This document shows, one piece after another, positions 47,323 through 55,074 of a DNA stretch of 55,074 nt. Both the position numbers and the translations under genes were made by a program. The stretch comes from a virus. Lineage: Duplodnaviria; Caudoviricetes. The stretch's first letter is position 1, and each line of letters begins with the position of its first letter. The DNA is taken from positions 1-55,074 of IMG/VR virus record IMGVR_UViG_3300032290_000758; one strand, written 5' to 3'. The notes beneath the pieces were generated by a model. It was not told where the DNA came from, made no database searches, and was given only the letters and a program-made list of their open reading frames with translations.

Positions 47323-47372
47323 TATCACCCCCTAAAATCCATTGCTATCTAATATAGATAGAAAACCTTTGC
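47323..47372 (+). promoter_or_regulatory. Late-type promoter of capsid operon with operator
   Basis: TATCACCCCC at 47323; CTATCTA-ATA-TAGATAG at 47345-47361; AACCTTTG at 47364-47371. Confidence 0.65.
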
Positions 47373-47390
47373 AAACCCAAATAATACAAC

Positions 47391-48383
47391 ATGGAGAATG
47401 AACTAGATTTTAGTAACATCTCATTAAACGATGTTAAAATTAGTGGCCAGTCAATAGCCGCTAATGAACCCGCAGTTGAACCTGCGGCTACAGATGCTGC
47501 CCCACCGGCATCTAATCCGGCACCAGATCCAGCTCCAACAGCTGAACCAGCGCCGGAACCGGAGCCAGCTCGTGCAAGTGAGCCAGCTCGGGAGTATCAG
47601 TGGAAAGATGACTTCATTAAAGGAGTCGTAGAGTTCTATGAAAAGACAGGTGATATCACACCATACCTGCAAGCAAAGCTTGTTGACTTTAACGGTATGA
47701 GCGATGAGGAGGTTATGAGACGTAATCTCCGAGAGCAATACCCGGATGTTTCTGAAAAGGCTTTTGAACGTCTTTATAAGCAACAGATTGTCGACAAGTT
47801 TAAGCTCGATAGTGAGGAGTGGGGCGAAGAAGATTCTGATCTTGGCAGAGAATTGCTCAAGGCAGAAGCTACCAAAGCGCGCCAGAAATACATCGAGTGG
47901 CAAAATGGCTTCATGGCTCCCGAACCGGTCGTGAGTGACGAAGCCAAACAGGAAGAAGCGCAACTAAAAGAAGCGTTTCAAAAGTTTGAGCAGGATGTTC
48001 GTACAAACAAGATGACTAGCCAACTACTTAATGACAAGAGAATTGCTATTAAGGTAGGCGATGCAGAGTTTAATTATGAGCTATCCAATCCAAACGAAAT
48101 GGTGGATCTGACCCTAGACAATAACAAGTTCTTCTCACAATTCGCGGCCGGCGATGGTCAGTTGGACTATAGTAAGTGGTATAAGACCGTTGCATATAGT
48201 CAAAATCCGGAGCTTTTTGAAAAAGCTCTGATTAACTACGGCAAGACGCTAGGGCGTGAAGAAGTGACGAAGGAAATAAAAAACCCCTCAAGTAATGCAG
48301 TTGGAGATGTTCCGACGGAAGATACAGGTGATTTTACCACAGGACTTCTAAATGCATTTCTGAATCGAGGGATAAGTAAATAA
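47391..48383 (+). CDS. Capsid scaffolding-like protein
   Basis: Acidic, with a P/A/E-rich N-terminus; between portal and MCP. Confidence 0.65.
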   Translation: MENELDFSNISLNDVKISGQSIAANEPAVEPAATDAAPPASNPAPDPAPTAEPAPEPEPARASEPAREYQWKDDFIKGVVEFYEKTGDITPYLQAKLVDFNGMSDEEVMRRNLREQYPDVSEKAFERLYKQQIVDKFKLDSEEWGEEDSDLGRELLKAEATKARQKYIEWQNGFMAPEPVVSDEAKQEEAQLKEAFQKFEQDVRTNKMTSQLLNDKRIAIKVGDAEFNYELSNPNEMVDLTLDNNKFFSQFAAGDGQLDYSKWYKTVAYSQNPELFEKALINYGKTLGREEVTKEIKNPSSNAVGDVPTEDTGDFTTGLLNAFLNRGISK

Positions 48384-48410
48384 TTTATTAACCCAATTTA
48401 ATCTACCATT

Positions 48411-49730
48411 ATGGCAGGTACACTCGGAAACATTACTAAGAGTTATGTTTCCTCAACTACTTTTCTTGATCAGCGTGAAATCCTGAACAAGATTCTCGAC
48501 ATCACAAACGAAGAAGCTTCGTTTTTGGACATTATGGAATTGACTGGTCGTTCTAATCCTACCAGCGTTCCTCAGTATCATCACTTTGTAAACGAAGAAC
48601 TGTATGTTCTAGCTACTGTTTCTGCAGTAACTGGTTCTGGTGTTAGTGCTGCAACAGGTTCAACCCTTACTGCAACTATCGACGCTGCTGCGGCTGCTTA
48701 CGTTAACACAGGTGAATTAGTAATGTTCCCCAACGCTAAAGTTGGTTATGTAGCTTCTAAGCCTTCAACTTCTAATATCATTATTAAGAGTGTTGATGCG
48801 AGCACATTGACTTTGGCTGCAAATGATAAAATCTCTTTCTTCTCTAATGCTGCTGGTGAAGGGTCACTTTCTCCTGAAGCTAAGCGTTGGGGTGCTGAAA
48901 AGCACTATAACCAAGTGCAGATCTTCAAGGGTAAGTTCTCTATCACTGACATCCAGAAGGCTTCTAAAGTAGAAGTAGAGTTTCAGGGTAAGCCTTTCTA
49001 CATGTACAAAGGTCAGCACGAGAGCTTGATGAAGTTCCGTGGTGATATCAGTGCTTCTTTAATGTTCGGTCGCATGAGTGACACTCAGTTCTCTGATGCT
49101 TCACCTGTATTGACTGACGCTGAAGGTAAGCCTGTACAAACTACAGCTGGTCTTGATCAGTATGTAACAAGTAAAGGTATCGATCAGTCTTTATTGACTA
49201 GCGGTACTGTAACACTTGCTGACATTCAAACTCTGACTCAGACTTTGAATAAAGCTCGTGCAGCTTCTGAGTATTTCTTGTTTGTAGGTACTACTATGAA
49301 CATCGCCTTCGATAACCTGTTCAACAACTTGGGCAACAGTGCACTTCTTTCTCAGGGTGCTCGTTTCCAAATCTCAAGTAAGTTGGATCTTGGAATCGAC
49401 AGTGTGAAGATCTACGGTCGTACTTTCCACAAGAAGTATTTACCAATCTTAGATCACAAGAACATTGTGAACTTCACTGGTGGTCCTAACTTCAAGGATA
49501 GCGCTTACGGTGCTCCTGCTACGAAGATCAAGACTAACGACGGTCAAATGCTTGATCGTATCGGAGTTCGCTACATGAACGGTGATGGAACTGACCTGAA
49601 GTATCGTGAGATCCTTCTTGGTGGTTTAGCTCCAGTACCAACTAATGAGCGTTCTGTGCTCGAAGTACACTACGAGTCCGTACAAGGTCTCGAAGTTCTC
49701 GGAGCAAATACTTTCTTCAAGTTGAAGTAA
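48411..49730 (+). CDS. Major capsid protein
   Basis: 439 aa after the scaffold gene; 'YNQVQIFK..FSIT' and 'T.GL...V' HK97-type elements; strong codon bias; terminator follows. Confidence 0.85.
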   Translation: MAGTLGNITKSYVSSTTFLDQREILNKILDITNEEASFLDIMELTGRSNPTSVPQYHHFVNEELYVLATVSAVTGSGVSAATGSTLTATIDAAAAAYVNTGELVMFPNAKVGYVASKPSTSNIIIKSVDASTLTLAANDKISFFSNAAGEGSLSPEAKRWGAEKHYNQVQIFKGKFSITDIQKASKVEVEFQGKPFYMYKGQHESLMKFRGDISASLMFGRMSDTQFSDASPVLTDAEGKPVQTTAGLDQYVTSKGIDQSLLTSGTVTLADIQTLTQTLNKARAASEYFLFVGTTMNIAFDNLFNNLGNSALLSQGARFQISSKLDLGIDSVKIYGRTFHKKYLPILDHKNIVNFTGGPNFKDSAYGAPATKIKTNDGQMLDRIGVRYMNGDGTDLKYREILLGGLAPVPTNERSVLEVHYESVQGLEVLGANTFFKLK

Positions 49731-49735
49731 GTCAT

Positions 49736-49772
49736 ATAGGTAGGGGTGTAAAAGCCCCTACCTTATATTTTT
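49736..49772 (+). terminator. Rho-independent terminator after MCP
   Basis: AGGTAGGGG-tgtaaaag-CCCCTACCT then TATATTTTT. Confidence 0.75.
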
Positions 49773-49789
49773 AACCAAATACAAACCAA

Positions 49790-50623
49790 ATGCGTAAGAC
49801 GAACTTGTACAACAAGCTTTCAGAAAAGCTTGTCAAATCAACAATGTTAAAGCCGGGAGAAACAGTTACCTATAGGCTTTACGACATGCAGCCCAGCCCA
49901 ATAGATCCTACAAAGTTGGCTATCCCTGCTGCAAAAAATGTTCCCCCAATTGACACAATATGGGATGATGAAAAGCAGGAATATGTAGACATCGCTTGTA
50001 TTAAATCAGTAGATGCTCAAGGCAACCATGTATTCCAAGAGATCTTCTTTTACAAGAATATGGCTGGCCATTTAATTTTACAAGGCGGTCGTGCCCTAGA
50101 CCAAGAGATACATACTTACCTATGTCTTTGCGATTACAATGCATCTAAGCCAAACAGAGACACGAATAAAGAAATTATTTTCGAGCGTGTAGACGAAGAG
50201 GCAAAGGCGGAAAAGCAAAGTCGTACCCGCAATATTCGTCGTGAGGCGCTTAATGCTGCTGCTGATCTTAGCCCTGAACAGGTGAAGGATTTCGCTGCTG
50301 CACTAGGTAAAGACGATACTAAGCCTGTAAAGGTTTTACGTAATGAGCTTGAAGAACTTGCAGACAATGATCCGCAAACATTTATGGATCTTATCAACAA
50401 TAAACAGGCGGTAATGAAGGCTACAATTAATCGTGCAATTAATAAAGGTGTAATCATTTACGATCAGGAGCAATCAAGATTCGAGTGGCCAAACAAAGAG
50501 GCTATTCTTACTGTAGCTAGATCTACGGGGTCAGATGCAGTAGATGAGTTGGTTAGTTTCTGCGTCAGCTCCGCCAAAGGCGACAAGGTCTTTCAGACCA
50601 TTTCAAGTAAGGCCAAAAAGTGA
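49790..50623 (+). CDS. Conserved post-capsid protein (crAss-like head module)
   Basis: 'FERVDEE..AEK', 'A..DPQ.FM.L.N', 'RAINKGVI'; position directly after MCP. Confidence 0.6.
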   Translation: MRKTNLYNKLSEKLVKSTMLKPGETVTYRLYDMQPSPIDPTKLAIPAAKNVPPIDTIWDDEKQEYVDIACIKSVDAQGNHVFQEIFFYKNMAGHLILQGGRALDQEIHTYLCLCDYNASKPNRDTNKEIIFERVDEEAKAEKQSRTRNIRREALNAAADLSPEQVKDFAAALGKDDTKPVKVLRNELEELADNDPQTFMDLINNKQAVMKATINRAINKGVIIYDQEQSRFEWPNKEAILTVARSTGSDAVDELVSFCVSSAKGDKVFQTISSKAKK

Positions 50624-50675
50624 TGGTCTTAGTTCACAACTGAACTGAGGTTCATCTCGTGTTTGGTTGTTTGGT

Positions 50676-50706
50676 AATCCCGGGGGTTTCTACCTTCGGG
50701 ATTTTT
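50676..50706 (+). terminator. Rho-independent terminator
   Basis: AATCCCGGGGGT-ttct-ACCTTCGGGATT followed by T's. Confidence 0.7.
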
Positions 50707-50759
50707 CATAGGGTATTTTTCGAAGTATTAACCGTAAGCTGTATGAGATTTGCAGCCAA

Positions 50760-51935
50760 ATGCCCACAATCTCAAATACTTCGTTCAATGTCAAGTTTGA
50801 TCTTGACGGAACCCCAACGCTGGTCTTAACCGACACCACTACAGCTCCGCCTGCCGGTCTCGTGGGTATCTTCGAGATCATCCAGCCTGATGGCTATGTG
50901 AGGACTGGAAACATTTCTTCTCCAGACATTCCGTCTGCAGGGTCTAGCTTTTCGTTCATCTTGACTCTAGACTCTTCCGGGCAGGTGCAGAGGGGTTCTT
51001 ATACTATTAAGTATACTGCGGCGGCTCCGGGGTACATATCTACAGATTTTACTAGGACGTTCCAATTTCAGTATGCGCCAGTAGTGCTAAACTTAATAGA
51101 AGAATTTGATGTATTCACTCCAAAACTTGAATACATAGACTCAACAGTATATCAGGTTTCTAATTATAATAATACTAACGTAGTAAGAATCTGGACTGCA
51201 GTATCTATTCCTACCGGAATCATTACTTCTACAGCTGCAACTTTTGATATTAAGTATAATAATAAGTATTGGGATGCCTACTATACTATTACATTAAGCG
51301 CTCAAACCTTATATACACATCAGGTTTATCCTTGGCTGACAGTAGAAGAGACTATCACTAAAACTATTAACACTTATGCAGAAACGCCTAAGACGCTGCT
51401 ACAAATAGTTGTATTAATAAGTTCATTAAAAACAAAGATCGATCAGGCGGTTGATACTGTTTCTGATCTTGAACAAGTTATTGCAGACTTTGATTATGCT
51501 CAGAGTTTATTTGTACACATTATTGATAAGTTAAAGGTTAGCAATCTAGCAAATATCGATAGAGACCTTAAAGATCTATTAGCTGTTTTACATAACTATC
51601 AAATTCCTGCATATGTTCCAACAAACCTAGAAATCCCTCCATACAACTGGAGTGCTTATAATACGGTTTCTTGGGGCAATATCACAGGAAGTATACAAAA
51701 CCAGACAGACCTCTGGAATATCCTACAATCTCTTACTATACAGAACAACTATGTGCACGATCAGCAGGTAGCTAGTGCTACTTGGGTCATTACACATAAC
51801 ATGGGTAAAAAACCTAGTGTAAGTATAGTTGATACTGCCGATGATGAAATAATCGCTGAAGTTAAATACAACTCCAATAATCAATTAACCCTGTCTTTCT
51901 CTGCTCCTGTGAGCGGGAAGGCGTACTTAAATTAG
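50760..51935 (+). CDS. Virion structural protein (tail/fibre hub)
   Basis: Beta-rich; 'VSWGNITGSIQNQTDL' and a C-terminal 'W.ITHNMGKKPSV.IVD' domain. Confidence 0.6.
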   Translation: MPTISNTSFNVKFDLDGTPTLVLTDTTTAPPAGLVGIFEIIQPDGYVRTGNISSPDIPSAGSSFSFILTLDSSGQVQRGSYTIKYTAAAPGYISTDFTRTFQFQYAPVVLNLIEEFDVFTPKLEYIDSTVYQVSNYNNTNVVRIWTAVSIPTGIITSTAATFDIKYNNKYWDAYYTITLSAQTLYTHQVYPWLTVEETITKTINTYAETPKTLLQIVVLISSLKTKIDQAVDTVSDLEQVIADFDYAQSLFVHIIDKLKVSNLANIDRDLKDLLAVLHNYQIPAYVPTNLEIPPYNWSAYNTVSWGNITGSIQNQTDLWNILQSLTIQNNYVHDQQVASATWVITHNMGKKPSVSIVDTADDEIIAEVKYNSNNQLTLSFSAPVSGKAYLN

Positions 51936-51939
51936 TTTT

Positions 51940-53034
51940 ATGTCAAAGAAAATGTTGGTCAATTTAGACCTAACGAAAAATCAGATCCTCAACGTAGCGT
52001 TGCAGAACCTGTCTTCCGCTCCCAGCTCCCCAGTTGCTGGTCAGGTGTATTATAACACCTCGGATGGAAATGTTTATTACTGGGATGGTTCGACTTGGAG
52101 AAGTGTATCCGGTGATATTACCGAGGTAATTGCTGGTTCAGGTTTGACCGGTGGTGGAACCAGTGGTGCTGTTACCTTAGATCTTAATCCAGATAATACT
52201 ACTATCGAGGTTAGCTCTGATATCGTAAGGATTAAAGATTTAGGAGTAAGTACAGGTAAGATTGCTGATAGTGCTGTTACAACTATTAAGGTAGCTGACA
52301 GTAATATCACATTTGCTAAGATCCAGAACGTAGCAACCATGACTGTGATTGGTCGTGTGGCTTCCGGTTCGGGAGTAGCTAGTGAGATTTCTATCATCGA
52401 TAGTAATACAATGACTGGTGCGTCATCTTCTAACCTTGCAACTGCTGGCTCGATCAAGTCGTATATCGACAATACAATTGCTGGTTTAGGAAACCTAGAG
52501 GGTGGATTTGCTGCAGGTTCTTCTGTAAACTTCCCTACTGCTTCTGGCGGTACAAAGAAGGGTGATTACTGGTATGTTACAAGCGCAGGTACAGTGCAAG
52601 GAGTTGTATTAAATATTGGTGATGTATTAATTGCTAATATCGATAACGCTTCTCCTACTTCATCTTCTGACTGGACATTCCTTGAGTCTAATCGTGATCA
52701 AGCTACTGAAACAGTTCTCGGCGTTGTAAGACTTGCCACTCAAGCAGAAGCTAACGCAGGCACAAACGATACTGCAGTTATCACCCCATTAAAATTAAAA
52801 ACAGTTCTTGATAACCGTATTGGTGGTTATGCAGCTAACATTGGAAACGGATCTGCTACATCTTACGCTGTTACTCACTCACTGAATACAATTGATGTAA
52901 TTGTGATGATTAAAGACAACTCAACTCTTGAAGAAGTTTTCGCTGATGTTGTTATCACAGATGCAAATACTGTAACAGTAAGTTTTGCTATTGCTCCCAC
53001 GAGTAATGCATATAGAGTAATAATTAAGAAGTAA
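51940..53034 (+). CDS. Tail fibre/collar structural protein
   Basis: 'APSSPVAGQVYYNT', 'KIADSAVTT.K' repeats, 'ATET..GVVRLATQAE', 'VTHSLNT.DV'. Confidence 0.7.
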   Translation: MSKKMLVNLDLTKNQILNVALQNLSSAPSSPVAGQVYYNTSDGNVYYWDGSTWRSVSGDITEVIAGSGLTGGGTSGAVTLDLNPDNTTIEVSSDIVRIKDLGVSTGKIADSAVTTIKVADSNITFAKIQNVATMTVIGRVASGSGVASEISIIDSNTMTGASSSNLATAGSIKSYIDNTIAGLGNLEGGFAAGSSVNFPTASGGTKKGDYWYVTSAGTVQGVVLNIGDVLIANIDNASPTSSSDWTFLESNRDQATETVLGVVRLATQAEANAGTNDTAVITPLKLKTVLDNRIGGYAANIGNGSATSYAVTHSLNTIDVIVMIKDNSTLEEVFADVVITDANTVTVSFAIAPTSNAYRVIIKK

Positions 53035-54383
53035 TGAGATTTCTTACAAACATATTAGCAAAAGCTGGTCTGATAGTAGATGGTACTACGCAATTAAATA
53101 CAATTGCTAACGCTACTGTTGATACAGATAAGTTTCTTGTAAGTGATAATGGGGTGGTAAAGTATAGGACCGGCGTGCAAATAATATCTGATATCGGCGC
53201 ACTTTCATCTTCAGCTGTGTCAGGTACGACAAACTATATTCCTAAGTTCACAAGTTCAAATACTTTAGGCAATAGTGTTATTCAAGAATCAAGTAATAAT
53301 ATTGGGATTGGCATCAGTAGTAGTGGTGGTAAATTAGAAGTAAATGGAGTAGTAAGAATTTACGATAATCTCTATTTAACAAAAAGCACCTCCTACATCT
53401 ATGGTGGCGATCAATCTGGAAGATTGGTTTTAGCAAATAACACCACTAATGCTAATATAACAATATTTGGAATTAATAACGGGAATAACATTAGTCTTAC
53501 CACCAATGCAAGTATTACTTTCTCTGCTGGTACAGGTTCTGCTGAGCGGATGCGTGTAGACTCTTCTGGAAACTTGGGCTTAGGTACCTTTGGGCCTTCT
53601 TATAGGGTAGACGTGGTAAGAACTGGTTCTGGTATACAAGACGTTTTATCACTTGACAACTATTTTCAAAATACTGGCGTTGTTGATGGTGTTAGAGTAA
53701 ATATAAGAGGTTTTAGAATTGAGGCTTCATCTACATACGGTAGTGCGGATAATAAATTGACGTTTGGTTTTGGTGTAAATAAAGATTTCACTTTAACACA
53801 ATCTGGCAATTGCGGGCTTGGAGTAACCCCTTCTGCGTGGTGGACAAGTGGGAAAGCAATACAGGTTGGTACAAATTCAAGCTTCTCAGATTTAAATGGA
53901 GATTTGCACGTTACAGATAATGCTTTTTATAATGGCACTAACTGGATTGCTATTACAACAAACATAGCAAGTAATTACTATCAATCAGCTGGCGCACATG
54001 TTTGGAGAACGGCTTCATCAACAACCGCTGGTAATACTATTTCTTGGACGCAAGTTATGAACTTGACTACTGGGGGTAATCTTACAATTACAGGAACACT
54101 TACGGAACAGTCAGCCATTAAGTATAAAGAGAACATAGTACCAATTCAAGATGCATTAGGTAAAGTTGAACAGCTTAAGCCAGTATCATATAATAAGAAA
54201 GGATCTGAAACGAAAGAGATAGGTCTGATAGCCGAGGATGTATTTGATGTATATCCAGAATTTGTTTTATGCGATGACGATGGACAGCCTCTGGGAGTAC
54301 ACTACTCTCGTCTTACGGCAGTGCTTATTGAATCGGTAAAGGAATTAAAAAAAGAAATCAATCAACTAAAGTCAAAGAGCTAA
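53034..54383 (+). CDS. Tail fibre with C-terminal S74-like chaperone
   Basis: 'GTTNYIPKFT', 'ERMRVDSSGNLGLGT', C-terminal 'SAIKYKENI...LKPVSY...IGLIAEDV...PEFV'. Confidence 0.85.
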   Translation: MRFLTNILAKAGLIVDGTTQLNTIANATVDTDKFLVSDNGVVKYRTGVQIISDIGALSSSAVSGTTNYIPKFTSSNTLGNSVIQESSNNIGIGISSSGGKLEVNGVVRIYDNLYLTKSTSYIYGGDQSGRLVLANNTTNANITIFGINNGNNISLTTNASITFSAGTGSAERMRVDSSGNLGLGTFGPSYRVDVVRTGSGIQDVLSLDNYFQNTGVVDGVRVNIRGFRIEASSTYGSADNKLTFGFGVNKDFTLTQSGNCGLGVTPSAWWTSGKAIQVGTNSSFSDLNGDLHVTDNAFYNGTNWIAITTNIASNYYQSAGAHVWRTASSTTAGNTISWTQVMNLTTGGNLTITGTLTEQSAIKYKENIVPIQDALGKVEQLKPVSYNKKGSETKEIGLIAEDVFDVYPEFVLCDDDGQPLGVHYSRLTAVLIESVKELKKEINQLKSKS

Positions 54384-54386
54384 TAT

Positions 54387-55074
54387 ATGGCTTCATTACA
54401 GAGTACGTCGGTAACCGGTAATCTAGTATCAACAGGGATATTAGAAGGTGCAACGCTTAAAAGAACAGGCGGGACAGGATCTCAATTCCTTAAGGCGGAT
54501 GGTACTGTAGATAGCAGTGCATATATTACTGGTATTACATCTGGCATGATCACCACTGCTCTTGGCTATACACCAGTTCAGCCAAACGGTACTGGTGCTT
54601 CTGGCACATGGAGCATCAGTGTTAATGGTACAGCAGCAGGAGAAACTCTAGCTACAGTGACAGGAAGAGGTGCAAGCACGTCCTCCGCTTTAACATTAAA
54701 TGGAAGTGTTACACTTACATCTGCTTATACAGGTGGTAGTGGAGACTGGACGGGTGTAAGTACTCCAATATTAAAGATTGCTCCTATTTCAGGCTATTGG
54801 AGAATACCTCACCTATCAAATAATGCAACTGTTTCAGGAGTTTATAATTATGAAACAGGTAAGGATGTGTATTGGGGTGAACCTACTGATAGTGGTAACT
54901 ATTATTTCAGAGGAAGGGTATTAAAGCATGAGAACTCGTTAGGTCAAATTTCAACATATTTACATTCTAATAACTACAATTCATACACTCCGACTCTAAC
55001 AGGTACTGGAGCAAGCGGTACTTGGGGTATTAATATTACAGGTAATTCTGCTACTACATCTCAGACTAACTTTA
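54387..55074 (+). CDS. Tail fibre, N-terminal part (3'-truncated, not in ORF track)
   Basis: Open from ATG 54387 to the window end; 'GGTGSQFLKADG', 'TALGYTP', two 'GTGASGTW.I.I/V.G' repeats. Confidence 0.85.
   Translation, partial: MASLQSTSVTGNLVSTGILEGATLKRTGGTGSQFLKADGTVDSSAYITGITSGMITTALGYTPVQPNGTGASGTWSISVNGTAAGETLATVTGRGASTSSALTLNGSVTLTSAYTGGSGDWTGVSTPILKIAPISGYWRIPHLSNNATVSGVYNYETGKDVYWGEPTDSGNYYFRGRVLKHENSLGQISTYLHSNNYNSYTPTLTGTGASGTWGINITGNSATTSQTNF

Noticed and set aside
47451-47592. GC-rich repetitive stretch in the scaffold gene
   Set aside because: It encodes an in-frame P/A/E low-complexity linker
1-55074. Diversity-generating retroelement, alternative genetic code, or exact circular closure
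   Set aside because: No reverse transcriptase or TR/VR pair was seen, genes are intact in the standard code, and the ends show no overlap and join out of frame

Overview
Near-complete genome of a temperate Bacteroidetes podovirus-type phage. The virion module resembles crAss-like phages (terminase, portal, scaffold, major capsid, ring/tubular proteins, muzzle, giant ejection protein). It carries a tyrosine integrase, a likely attP and an XRE repressor. I recognised no DNA polymerase or virion RNA polymerase. Both ends of the window lie inside tail-fibre coding sequence. The + strand carries late, structural and lysis genes (38.5-55 kb and 1-23 kb). The - strand carries early, replication and recombination genes (23-38 kb). 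The most interesting signals are non-coding. The leftward early operon contains a canonical type III hammerhead ribozyme (36500-36550) just downstream of a ~235-nt structured leader. It also contains a U3-variant type I hammerhead with a 95-nt structured insertion in stem III (35315-35459), a tRNA-like three-way junction and a recurrent CCCCGAAC motif. A ~280-nt structured RNA precedes an HNH gene. Late promoters share a fixed-spacing upstream element and often overlap a palindromic operator. Protein assignments come from motif recognition by eye and RNA structures were folded by hand; no database searches were run.
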